Below, in pieces: positions 17,422 through 26,396 of a DNA stretch of 64,000 bases; positions within the stretch are counted from its first letter, which is position 1; each line of letters starts with the position of its first letter. The DNA is taken from contig JAVWPP010000002.1 of the NCBI GenBank assembly GCA_036635835.1, positions 88,577-152,576 of the forward strand, written 5' to 3'. Source of the DNA: Clostridia bacterium (GTDB taxonomy: Bacteria > Bacillota > Clostridia > TANB77 > CAG-465). The notes under the pieces are model-generated. The model did no database searches, was not told the origin of the DNA, and was given only the letters and a program-made list of their open reading frames with translations. The translations under genes were made by a program, and so were the position numbers.

Positions 17422-19194
17422 ATGATTAAAAGCAAAATGCAGTGGCAAATAGACGCAGGTAACTCAATTAAAGATGAAGATAATATCATTTTAAGTGCAC
17501 CAACAGGTGCAGGAAAAACACTAGTATTTATGGAATGGGCTCTTTCAAAAGGGTACAAAATAATAATAACAAGTCCAATAAAAGCCTTAAGTTCACAGCG
17601 TTTTAGAGAGCTTTCAGCAAAAGGTTACGTTACTGGCTTAGAAACAGGAGATGTTAAATTCGTACCAGAAAATTGGCAAATTCTTTGTTGTACAAACGAG
17701 ATTTACACATTAAAGTATATATCCGAAATAGATGTTACAGTTATAATGGATGAATTTCACTATTGTTTTGAAAACGAAGAAAGATGCCGGGCATTTATAG
17801 ACGGTTTAATCTATTCATACGCTAGAAATATATGTATTTGTTCAGCAACATTAGGTGGTACAGATGATCTATTAAATTATTTAAATAGAGTAAGCGGTAG
17901 AAGATTCTTCTTATGCGTTAATTCCGAAAGAATAACTGAATTGTTACCTATATCTAAAGAAGGCAAAATATCTTTACAAAACATTCATAATGCCTTAATA
18001 GTAGCATTTTCAGTAGACAATTGTAGCAAAGTTTTAGACTATTTAGCAGCCTCTAGGCGCAGCGTGTTCTATCCTAATAAGTCTAACAAAGTAAGCAAAA
18101 AATATAGAAAAAAACTTGCTTCAAAAGAAAAAAGGACTAGAACTATAGAAGGATATGCAAAAGAATACAATGTTTCAGGAAGAGTAGTAGCTAACGCAGA
18201 ATTAGGACTTGCACTATTTCATGGAAAAATACTTCCAAAAGAAAAAGATTTTATATCTAAACTATTTGAAAATGAACTAATAGACACAGTAGTAGGTACA
18301 GATGCACTAAGCATAGGAGTAAATTTCCCAGTAGAAAAAGTAGTATTTTGCCAGCTAGTAAAATATCCAGGTATACGAATTAGTAGAAATATGTTTGATC
18401 AGATTTCAGGTAGAGCAGGACGTAAAGGGTATTTTGACACAGGATATTTTGGTTATTGTGACGATTTAGAAATTGAATTTAGATGTTTTGACACAGCTTA
18501 TGAATACCATAAACTAATGAAACAAAAAAATGAACAGTTTAAAATATTGTTAACTCCAAAATATGATGACTTATTACAAGAAAAAATAACAGTAGATGAT
18601 GAAGTATCTCACATTGTAAAATACTCAAGTGTTAAACTAGATAAAAACTCTATAAAAGATGAAGTAATTGAAACATTAGGTAAAATATTAGACTATCCAA
18701 TCTTAATGAATTTAACTGATACACAAAAAGATAGTTTCTTACGGTTTATACCTTTCACTTATTTCAACGAATATACAGCAGAAGAAAATTGCGATGTTTT
18801 ATTTAGTTTGCTTAAAGAAATAGAAATACAAGATAAAATATGTGCTAGAATGGACACTTTACTTTCTTTTAAAACTTTACAAGAACTCTCTAGTTATTTA
18901 AAAACTAATTTCAATAAAGGAGTTCCAGCTAAAGTATTAGCAGAAGGAGTTGAAGAAATTTCAGAAGCTTTTGTAAACAGAATATTAGCAGAAGCAACAG
19001 CTAAATATCTTATTTCATATTTCTATGTTGATGTAACAAATTATTATTTATTATTAAAGCTAAGAAAATATGTAACAAGCTTACCAATATCTCTAAGATC
19101 CGCCGTAAGCATTGATACAATTGAAGAAAAAATCAATTCAATAGATGAAACAGCATTAAATTATGCCGAGTTTAAAAATGAAGAGAATATTTAA
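17422..19194 (+). CDS. SF2 Ski2-like DEAD/DEAH-box helicase with an uncharacterised C-terminal half
   Basis: LSAPTGAGKT (motif I), MDEFH (motif II), SAT (motif III), QISGRAGRKGYFDTG (motif VI, Ski2-like). The last roughly 240 aa are not recognisable. Confidence 0.75.
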   Translation: MIKSKMQWQIDAGNSIKDEDNIILSAPTGAGKTLVFMEWALSKGYKIIITSPIKALSSQRFRELSAKGYVTGLETGDVKFVPENWQILCCTNEIYTLKYISEIDVTVIMDEFHYCFENEERCRAFIDGLIYSYARNICICSATLGGTDDLLNYLNRVSGRRFFLCVNSERITELLPISKEGKISLQNIHNALIVAFSVDNCSKVLDYLAASRRSVFYPNKSNKVSKKYRKKLASKEKRTRTIEGYAKEYNVSGRVVANAELGLALFHGKILPKEKDFISKLFENELIDTVVGTDALSIGVNFPVEKVVFCQLVKYPGIRISRNMFDQISGRAGRKGYFDTGYFGYCDDLEIEFRCFDTAYEYHKLMKQKNEQFKILLTPKYDDLLQEKITVDDEVSHIVKYSSVKLDKNSIKDEVIETLGKILDYPILMNLTDTQKDSFLRFIPFTYFNEYTAEENCDVLFSLLKEIEIQDKICARMDTLLSFKTLQELSSYLKTNFNKGVPAKVLAEGVEEISEAFVNRILAEATAKYLISYFYVDVTNYYLLLKLRKYVTSLPISLRSAVSIDTIEEKINSIDETALNYAEFKNEENI

Positions 19195-19200
19195 AAAAAA

Positions 19201-19227
19201 GAAGAAAGGTTTTCCTTTCTTCTTTTT
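19201..19227 (+). terminator. Rho-independent terminator
   Basis: gaagaaagg tttt cctttcttc followed by tttttg. Confidence 0.9.
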
Positions 19228-19271
19228 GTACAAAAAAATACTGCAAATTTAAAATATTTACGCCTAACCTA

Positions 19272-19299
19272 TTGACATTTCGCAAATATTAAGTATAAT
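19272..19299 (+). promoter_or_regulatory. Sigma-A promoter of tRNA-Met
   Basis: TTGACA, 16 nt spacer, TATAAT. Confidence 0.65.
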
Positions 19300-19316
19300 A
19301 TATATGTACTTGATGT

Positions 19317-19393
19317 GGCGGCATAGCTTAGTTGGCTAGAGCGTTCGGTTCATACCCGAAAGGTCATAGGTTCGACTCCTATTGCCGCTACCA
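19317..19393 (+). tRNA. Elongator tRNA-Met (CAT)
   Basis: GGCGGCATAGCTTAGTTGGCTAGAGCGTTCGGTTCATACCCGAAAGGTCATAGGTTCGACTCCTATTGCCGCTACCA. It resembles Bacillus elongator tRNA-Met (GGTTCATACCC anticodon arm). A lysidine-modified tRNA-Ile2 cannot be fully excluded. Confidence 0.85.
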
Positions 19394-19397
19394 AAGT

Positions 19398-19445
19398 AAA
19401 ATCTCTTGTATTCCTTTATTTTAGGGAATTACAAGAGATTTTTTA
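19398..19445 (+). terminator. Rho-independent terminator of tRNA-Met
   Basis: aaatctcttgtattcc ... ggaattacaagagattt long stem (one bulge) followed by ttttt. Confidence 0.85.
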
Positions 19446-19569
19446 TTTACTAATTTTTTATTTATTATTTTTTTCATTTTCTAAAACATATAAATAACTT
19501 CATTCTCATTAATTCATTTACCGTATGAGAAAGACACGCTTCATATGTTTTATATCTAAAAAACTTAAA

Positions 19570-20541
19570 TTACTTAACTATATTTGTCATATACTTATGA
19601 GTTGCTTCCTCCATCATAAGAAGGTAATCCCATTTCTTATCTATTTCTTCTTGAAGCTCTTTAATCATATACTCATTCCCAGGAATAAATAAATGCTTAA
19701 ATCTTTTTTGCTTTTTCAAGAATTCCTCAATAGGAAGCTTATTTGCAGGCTTATAGTTTACAGTGTAAACGCCGTGCTCAACCTCATATAAAGGCCAGAA
19801 ACAAGTCTCAACAGCTAGTTTAGATATTTCCATTAGATCCTCTGTAGGATATCCCCAACCTCTTGGGCAAGGAGATAAACTTCTAATAAAGCAAGCGCCT
19901 TCAGTGTAAATAGCTTTTTCAGCTTTCTCATACATATCTTTAAAGTTTCCTATTAAAGCAGTTTGAGCTACGTAAGGTAAGTTATGCTTTACCATAATTT
20001 CAGTAAGGTCTTTCATTGGCTGAGATTTACCAGGTAGTATTTTACCTGCAGGTGTAGTTGTAGTATCTGCAAAACGCGGAGTAGAGCCAGATCTTTGAGT
20101 TCCAGTATTCATATATGCTCCGTTATCATAGCAAACATAAACCATATCATGGTTTCTTTCCATTGCTCCAGATAGAGATTGGAAACCTATATCGTTAGTT
20201 CCACCATCTCCACCAAAAGCAATAAATTTAGTTTCTTTATTATTTGGTAATTTACCTTGCTTTTTCATTGAATGATATGCAGTTTGCACGCCAGATAAAG
20301 TTGCACCAGCATTTTCAAATGCACTATGTATAAATGATACGTTTTTCCAAGTAGTATATGGATATATACAGCTTGAAACTTCTAAACATCCAGTTGCACA
20401 AGCTATTACAGCATCGTCTTCATCTTTTAAAGCTCTTAAAATACCTCTAACAGTTGAAGGAGCTCCGCAGCCTGCGCACATTCTATGTCCGCTTGTAAAT
20501 CTTTCTTTTTTCTTAATTACTTCCTTTAAATTATACGCCAT
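19570..20541 (-). CDS. 2-oxoacid:ferredoxin oxidoreductase, beta (TPP-binding) subunit
   Basis: CAGCGAP near the N-terminus and the TPP motif FGGDGGTNDIGFQ. Last gene of a gamma-delta-alpha-beta operon. Substrate (pyruvate, ketoisovalerate or 2-oxoglutarate) cannot be determined. Confidence 0.85.
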   Translation of the reverse strand: MAYNLKEVIKKKERFTSGHRMCAGCGAPSTVRGILRALKDEDDAVIACATGCLEVSSCIYPYTTWKNVSFIHSAFENAGATLSGVQTAYHSMKKQGKLPNNKETKFIAFGGDGGTNDIGFQSLSGAMERNHDMVYVCYDNGAYMNTGTQRSGSTPRFADTTTTPAGKILPGKSQPMKDLTEIMVKHNLPYVAQTALIGNFKDMYEKAEKAIYTEGACFIRSLSPCPRGWGYPTEDLMEISKLAVETCFWPLYEVEHGVYTVNYKPANKLPIEEFLKKQKRFKHLFIPGNEYMIKELQEEIDKKWDYLLMMEEATHKYMTNIVK

Positions 20542-20552
20542 TTTTATGCCTC

Positions 20553-21728
20553 CTATTCTCTTACACCTAAGTACCTAGCTACATTATCTACATTTCCGTC
20601 TTTAGCTATTATTTGTAGATCTGAGTAAACCTTTTCAATATCTTCTGGTTTAACATCTCTACCACCAAGTCCGTAAATATAGTTAACTGTAGGTACATTT
20701 ATTTTATTAACATACATTGCTGAAGTTAAGTCTGTGTAAAGTGGGCCTGTATATCCGTTTAAGCTATCTGTTTTGTCCATTATTGCAAGTGCTTTAAGAT
20801 TTTTAAATTCATTTGCAAGTTCGTTATATGGTAAAGGTCTAAACGCTCTAGGTTTAATAAGACCAGCTTTTATACCTTTTTTTCTAAGGTCGTCTACAAC
20901 AGATTTAGCAGTTCCTGCAGTTGAATTTAATACTGTTATTGCAATTTCTGCATCGTCCATCATGTACTTATCTAACAAGTCATACTTTCTGCCAGTTAAT
21001 TTATAGAACTCTTCTGAAACTTCTGAAATTACATCTTTTGCATCTCTCATAGCATCTGCTATTTGTTTTCTATGCTCAAAATAATAACTTTGTAAGTCTA
21101 GTGGTCCCATTGAAATATTATTTTCTGCGTTTAATAAATATTCGCTTGGTTTATATTCTCCAACAAATTTTTTAACTTCTGCATCTTCTAAAAGAAGAAT
21201 ATTTTCAACAGCATGAGATGTTATAAAACCATCAAAACATACCATTAGAGGTAGTTTTACTTTTTCTGCTATTTTAACTCCCATTATAAAATTATCATAA
21301 GCTTCTTGGTTTGTTTCACAGTATAACTGAATAAACCCGCAGTCCCTTACGCCCATTGAATCTGAGTGATCATTATGTATATTTATTGGTGCTGAAAGTG
21401 TTCTGTTAACACATGCAATAGTTATAGGTAGTCTCATTCCAGAGGCTATATATAGCATTTCAAACATGTATGCAAGTCCTTGTGAAGATGTTGCTGTCAT
21501 AACTCTAGCGCCTGCAGCAGAAGCACCTATACATGCAGACATTGCACTATGCTCACTTTCAACTGGTATAAATTCTGTATCTACTGTACCATTTGCAACA
21601 AATGTTGAAAAGTACTGTGGAACTTCTGTTGAAGGCGTTATTGGATATGCGGCTACAACATCTGGGTTTATTTGTTTCATAGCTACTGCTATTGCTTCAT
21701 TTCCGCTTAATCTTTCTCTAATTGACAT
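20553..21728 (-). CDS. 2-oxoacid:ferredoxin oxidoreductase, alpha subunit
   Basis: GNEAIAVAM...AYPITPSTE N-terminus typical of the alpha subunit. Operon context. Confidence 0.85.
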   Translation of the reverse strand: MSIRERLSGNEAIAVAMKQINPDVVAAYPITPSTEVPQYFSTFVANGTVDTEFIPVESEHSAMSACIGASAAGARVMTATSSQGLAYMFEMLYIASGMRLPITIACVNRTLSAPINIHNDHSDSMGVRDCGFIQLYCETNQEAYDNFIMGVKIAEKVKLPLMVCFDGFITSHAVENILLLEDAEVKKFVGEYKPSEYLLNAENNISMGPLDLQSYYFEHRKQIADAMRDAKDVISEVSEEFYKLTGRKYDLLDKYMMDDAEIAITVLNSTAGTAKSVVDDLRKKGIKAGLIKPRAFRPLPYNELANEFKNLKALAIMDKTDSLNGYTGPLYTDLTSAMYVNKINVPTVNYIYGLGGRDVKPEDIEKVYSDLQIIAKDGNVDNVARYLGVRE

Positions 21729-21740
21729 TATATTTCCTCC

Positions 21741-22037
21741 TTATTCTTTTTCCATAGATATAGCTTTAAAAGGGCAAGTTTTGGCACAAATTCCACAGCC
21801 TTTACACTTATCATAATCAAAGCCTATCATTTTATCATCTTCTGTATGTTTAATACATGCTTCAGGGCATACAGGTACGCAAAGCATGCAGTTTTTACAT
21901 TTTTCCATATCGTGTACTGGCTTTTGGTTTTTCCAATCTCCAGTGTTAAAATCTTCTGAATTACCATCGTCTAGTATAATACCAGCCATTGGAAGTTCAG
22001 AAATTTTAGAATGTATATTTACGTTTACTTTTCTCAT
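21741..22037 (-). CDS. 2-oxoacid:ferredoxin oxidoreductase, delta (2x[4Fe-4S] ferredoxin) subunit
   Basis: CKNCMLCVPVCP and CKGCGICAKTCP motifs. GGAGG RBS sits before the internal ATG (MRKVNVN). Confidence 0.85.
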   Translation of the reverse strand: MRKVNVNIHSKISELPMAGIILDDGNSEDFNTGDWKNQKPVHDMEKCKNCMLCVPVCPEACIKHTEDDKMIGFDYDKCKGCGICAKTCPFKAISMEKE

Positions 22038-22039
22038 AA

Positions 22040-22609
22040 TTAACCTCCACAAATTTCATTAAGTGCTCTTCTTAAACATTCCATATTAGGTTCTATAACC
22101 TCAGGTTTTCTGCTAAATTTATGTTTAAAAGAACCTAGCATATTGTCTAGAAGTTCATCGCTTGACATTAAATTAGTTATCTTTACAACAGCTGCAAGCA
22201 TTGCAGTATTAGGGAAATTAGCTTTTAAACAATCCATGCTTATTTTGCTAGCATCAACTGTATATACTCTTCCTTCGTAATTTTTAAGTCCTTTTTTAAT
22301 CTCGTCAATACTTTTAGAAGTGTTTATTATTATTGCACCTTCTTTTTTAAGCCCAGATGTAACATCTACACTTCCAATAAGCGAATCATCCACAACAACA
22401 ACGAAATCTGGACTGTATATATTGCAGTGTAATTTAATTTCCTTGTCGTCTATTCTGTTATATGCAGTTATTGGCGCACCCATTCTTTCTGGCCCATATT
22501 CCGGAAACCCTTGAATATATTTGCCTGTATTAAATGCGGCATCTGCAAGTAGAAGGGACGCTGTTTTTGCACCTTGTCCACCTCTACCGTGCCATCTTAT
22601 TTCTAACAT
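22040..22609 (-). CDS. 2-oxoacid:ferredoxin oxidoreductase, gamma subunit
   Basis: MLEIRWHGRGGQGAKTASLLLA N-terminus typical of the gamma subunit. Confidence 0.8.
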   Translation of the reverse strand: MLEIRWHGRGGQGAKTASLLLADAAFNTGKYIQGFPEYGPERMGAPITAYNRIDDKEIKLHCNIYSPDFVVVVDDSLIGSVDVTSGLKKEGAIIINTSKSIDEIKKGLKNYEGRVYTVDASKISMDCLKANFPNTAMLAAVVKITNLMSSDELLDNMLGSFKHKFSRKPEVIEPNMECLRRALNEICGG

Positions 22610-22645
22610 ATGAAAATTACCTCCTTTATTTCAAATATACTTTAG

Positions 22646-22674
22646 AGTATATAGCTAGTGCTGTTTAAAGTCAA
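22646..22674 (-). promoter_or_regulatory. Sigma-A promoter of the oxidoreductase operon
   Basis: Minus strand: TTGACT, 17 nt spacer, TATACT, about 35 nt upstream of the gamma start. Confidence 0.55.
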
Positions 22675-22810
22675 GAATATATGTATGTTAAATCTGTGAA
22701 TTAATTTATTTTTTTGCTATACTTTTGGTACATTTAATTTCTTTTTGGAAAAAACATAGACAAAACAACTAATGTATAATATATTGTATAGCCGTAGAAA
22801 GGTAGATATT

Positions 22811-25009
22811 ATGAATAAAAAAAAGATACTTTGCATTATATTATTTTGCATATATATTTCCCTTTATATGTTTCAGAAGTATTTTAAATATGACAAATAC
22901 GTTACAGACGATCATAATAAAAAATATACTGTTTCTGTTATAGAGAAGAAAAAAGACGAAGAATATGTTAGCTATTTAGTAGAATTAAAAAATACCAACG
23001 GGAAATTTAAAGATAAATTTTTGCTTAACATATTTCCGGAAAAAGAAAAAGAAAAAAATGAAAAAAATGAAAAAAATGAAAATATAAAAGATAAAACAAA
23101 TAAAGAAAAAGATAAACTTAAAGCGTTTAACAAATTCAAATACGGAGATGTTTTAGAGCTAAATGGAGCAATTCAGATACCTATATTTTATGGCAACATA
23201 GGTGAGTTTAACTATAAACAGTACTTAAATTCTAAAGGAATATGTGGCACTATTACAGGATATAAGATAAAAAAAGTAGGTGAAGTTAGAGGTATATTAC
23301 TTCTTAAAATAAGCTTAAATATTAAGGCATATTTAAATAAAATAATAGATAAAAGTTTACCTAAAAAAGAAGGAAATCTTTTAAAAAGTATGCTATATGG
23401 AGATACAGTTTTTTTAGATAAAAACATAGAAGAAGACTTTAAAAAGACCGGTATTACGCACCTTCTTGCAGTATCTGGATCTAACGTAGCTAGCGTTGTT
23501 GCAATATCATATATTGTAATGAATAAACTAAAAATCTCTAGAAAAGCAGCTAGTATTTACATGATATATATTGTAGTAATCTTTACATTAATATCTTCTG
23601 CTGAGCTGTCTATAGTAAGGGCTAGCATAATGACATGCATATTAATAGCTTCTGAAATATTCGCTAAAAAGTATATGGTTTGGGCAAGCGTTTATACCTC
23701 TTTTTATATTATTCTAATTATGAATCCATATAGTATATACAACGTAGGAATGCAGCTATCTTTTATGGCTACAATGGGCATCATAATGTTTTACGAGGGG
23801 GTAAATGACTACTTAACAAGTAAAGTAAATAAATATTTCAAACCCATAATGACTATGCTAGCTATAACAATATCTGCCCAGATTCTAATATTTCCACTTC
23901 AGTGTATATATTTTCATTCTATTAACCCAGTTATGTTTATTTCAAATATACTAGCAGTAGCACTTGCAGACATTATTTGCAACATAGGCTTTGCCTTCTT
24001 ATTCGTCTCATATATCCCTATAATCTCAACCCTAGTACTAAACGCCACATTTTTTTTCTTAAAGTTCCTTATAGCTATAGCTAAATACCTAGCATATTTA
24101 GATTTTCTAGAAATAAAGCTCCCTTCCTTTAATATACCCATAATCCTTGCATACTACACTTTAGTTGTATGTATATATTTAAAAAGCAAAGGTAAAAAAG
24201 TAGTATATAATACGGTAAACATATTAGAAGTATCTAAAAACTTACTCATACTTTTTCTAATAATATATCTCATATTCCATCTTTTTTTCAACAACTATAT
24301 AATGTACTTTAACGTAGGACAAGGAGATATGGCCCTAATTAAATACAAAGGAGTAAACATACTTATAGACGCAGGAAGCACTAAAAAAGGCCTAGCAGCA
24401 AGCATTCTAGGCGGTTACCTAAAGCACGAATGCATATCTAAAATACACCTAATGCTAATTTCCCATGCACATGCAGACCACATAAACGGCGTAGAAGAAC
24501 TCTCTAAAACCGTGCCAATAAAAAAAATAATGTATAGCACAGACGACGTTTTACAGCTTCTAAAAAATGTAGAAACAGAGAAAATAAAAGTACTTAGAGG
24601 AGACAGAATAAACATAAACAAAACAATGTACCTAGACATCATATCCCCAGGTGCAAAAAAAATAGAAGATAAAGACGAAAGTAACGCAAACTCTCTAGTA
24701 GCTATGGTAGATATAAAAGGCAGAAAATATGCATTCATGGGAGACGCAACAGAAAGCACGGAAAAAGAAATACCACAAGACTTGCTAAGCACCGTAGAAA
24801 TCCTAAAAGTAGGTCACCACGGCTCTAGAACATCAAGCAGCGAACCATTCATAAAAACTATTTCACCTAAACTTGCAATAATATCTTCAAGAGAAAAAGA
24901 CTTTGGACACCCGCATAAAATTACGCTAGACAAGCTAAAAAAACTAGAAATAAAATATCACATAACAGAAAAAAATAAATTCTACAGAAGATATATTTTT
25001 TTTAAGTAA
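22811..25009 (+). CDS. comEC: DNA internalization competence protein ComEC/Rec2
   Basis: N-terminal TM and OB-like region, polytopic competence domain, C-terminal metallo-beta-lactamase domain (ISHAHADHING...VGHHGS). Confidence 0.85.
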   Translation: MNKKKILCIILFCIYISLYMFQKYFKYDKYVTDDHNKKYTVSVIEKKKDEEYVSYLVELKNTNGKFKDKFLLNIFPEKEKEKNEKNEKNENIKDKTNKEKDKLKAFNKFKYGDVLELNGAIQIPIFYGNIGEFNYKQYLNSKGICGTITGYKIKKVGEVRGILLLKISLNIKAYLNKIIDKSLPKKEGNLLKSMLYGDTVFLDKNIEEDFKKTGITHLLAVSGSNVASVVAISYIVMNKLKISRKAASIYMIYIVVIFTLISSAELSIVRASIMTCILIASEIFAKKYMVWASVYTSFYIILIMNPYSIYNVGMQLSFMATMGIIMFYEGVNDYLTSKVNKYFKPIMTMLAITISAQILIFPLQCIYFHSINPVMFISNILAVALADIICNIGFAFLFVSYIPIISTLVLNATFFFLKFLIAIAKYLAYLDFLEIKLPSFNIPIILAYYTLVVCIYLKSKGKKVVYNTVNILEVSKNLLILFLIIYLIFHLFFNNYIMYFNVGQGDMALIKYKGVNILIDAGSTKKGLAASILGGYLKHECISKIHLMLISHAHADHINGVEELSKTVPIKKIMYSTDDVLQLLKNVETEKIKVLRGDRININKTMYLDIISPGAKKIEDKDESNANSLVAMVDIKGRKYAFMGDATESTEKEIPQDLLSTVEILKVGHHGSRTSSSEPFIKTISPKLAIISSREKDFGHPHKITLDKLKKLEIKYHITEKNKFYRRYIFFK
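23051..23083 (+). repeat. In-frame 9-nt tandem repeat (gaaaaaaat x3, then gaaaat) encoding EKNEKNEKNEN
   Basis: Read directly. A near-identical tract occurs at 38544-38576 in yvcK. Confidence 0.9.
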
Positions 25010-25046
25010 TATGTAGTAGAATATATATATAAGTAGGTGGAGTTAA

Positions 25047-26333
25047 ATGAATGAATACATTTTAAAAGGCTGTACATTAATAAGTATGGACAAATGTAGA
25101 AAAAAAGTACAAGAGAATATAGATATATGGATTAAAGAAGATAAAATATACAAAATAGATTTTAATTTATCTAAAAAAGGTATCAAAACATATAATTTAA
25201 AAGGAAAAGTAGTTATGCCAGGCCTTGTAAATGCCCACAACCACATGCCTATGAGCATTTTCAGAGAAACCGTAGATGGATATACGCTTCAAAGCTGGCT
25301 AAGCCAAAAAATGTGGCCACTAGAAGCTAAATTAACAGAAGAAGACATATATACTGGCACTTTGCTATCTTGTTTAGAATGCATAAAAACAGGAACAACT
25401 ACAGTAAACAACATGTATTTTGCAGCAAAAAGTGAAACACCTGCCATAGAAAAATGTAAAATACGAGCAGTGCAAACTCAAAACCTATTAGATGCAAACG
25501 GAAAAGGAAAAGAAAACATAGAGCTATTTAAGCAAATGTTAAAAAATAAAACAGATTCTCCACGCATAACATACAGTTTAGGTGTTCATGGTTTTTACAC
25601 AAATTCGCCTAAATATTTAAATGAAGTAAATAAATTAAATCCTAAAAAAGAGCTACCTGTACACATTCATTTTTGCGAAAACGATCAAGAAGTAGAAGAT
25701 ATATGTAAAATGCATAAAGTAGAAAGCCCTGTAGACTTACTAGAAAAATACTATGCAGAAGATAAGCTAATACTTGCTCACTGCGTAAAACTAGACTCTA
25801 GCGAAATATTAAGGCTATCTAAACTTACAAAAGCAAGTGTAGTATTTAACCCAGTTAGCAACCTAAGACTTGGCTGCGGAGTAGCTAAAATACGAGAAAT
25901 GCAGACCTGCGGAATAAACATATGCTTAGGCACAGATGGTCAAGCAAGCGGAAGCAGTTTAGACATGTTTGAAAGCATGAAAATAGCAGCATTAATCATA
26001 AAAGGATACTATAAAGATCCACTTTTAATGCCCGCATACGAAGTCATAAAAATGGCAACAATAAATGGCGCAAAAGCCTTAAATCTAGACGAAAAAATAG
26101 GAAGTATAGAAGTAGGAAAACAGGCAGATATAATAGCAATAGACCTAAATAATATAACCACTTCCCCTATAAATGACATACTTTCAGAGCTTGTATATAA
26201 CGTAAAAGGAGAAAACGTACAAATGACAATTGTAGATGGAGAAATCCTATACATTAAAAAAGAGTACTTAATACTAGATGATGAAAAAGAAATAATATTA
26301 AAAGCAAAAGAAATAATGGAGAGAATAAAATAG
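25047..26333 (+). CDS. mtaD: Amidohydrolase of the MTA/SAH deaminase (MtaD/chlorohydrolase) family
   Basis: VMPGLVNAHNHMPMSIFR metal-binding HxH motif, and later HFCE and GTDG motifs. Confidence 0.65.
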   Translation: MNEYILKGCTLISMDKCRKKVQENIDIWIKEDKIYKIDFNLSKKGIKTYNLKGKVVMPGLVNAHNHMPMSIFRETVDGYTLQSWLSQKMWPLEAKLTEEDIYTGTLLSCLECIKTGTTTVNNMYFAAKSETPAIEKCKIRAVQTQNLLDANGKGKENIELFKQMLKNKTDSPRITYSLGVHGFYTNSPKYLNEVNKLNPKKELPVHIHFCENDQEVEDICKMHKVESPVDLLEKYYAEDKLILAHCVKLDSSEILRLSKLTKASVVFNPVSNLRLGCGVAKIREMQTCGINICLGTDGQASGSSLDMFESMKIAALIIKGYYKDPLLMPAYEVIKMATINGAKALNLDEKIGSIEVGKQADIIAIDLNNITTSPINDILSELVYNVKGENVQMTIVDGEILYIKKEYLILDDEKEIILKAKEIMERIK

Positions 26334-26386
26334 AAGAATAAAAAAGAAGAATAAAAAAGAAGAATAAAAAAGAAGAATAACAAAAG
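26321..26386. repeat. 13-nt tandem repeat (aagaataaaaaag, about 4-5 copies)
   Basis: gagaataaaatag aagaataaaaaag x3 aagaataacaaaag. Spans the mtaD stop and runs into the terminator hairpin. Confidence 0.9.
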
Positions 26387-26396
26387 TTATTCTTCT
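26371..26396. terminator. Bidirectional terminator hairpin between convergent genes
   Basis: agaagaataac aaaa gttattcttct 11-bp stem. The 3' arm contains the dinB stop codon. Confidence 0.6.

Noticed and set aside
26321-26396. Tandem repeats considered as a possible CRISPR array (also 43830-43889 and 59519-59602)
   Set aside because: The units are only 12-13 nt, directly abutting with no spacers, and no cas genes are nearby.
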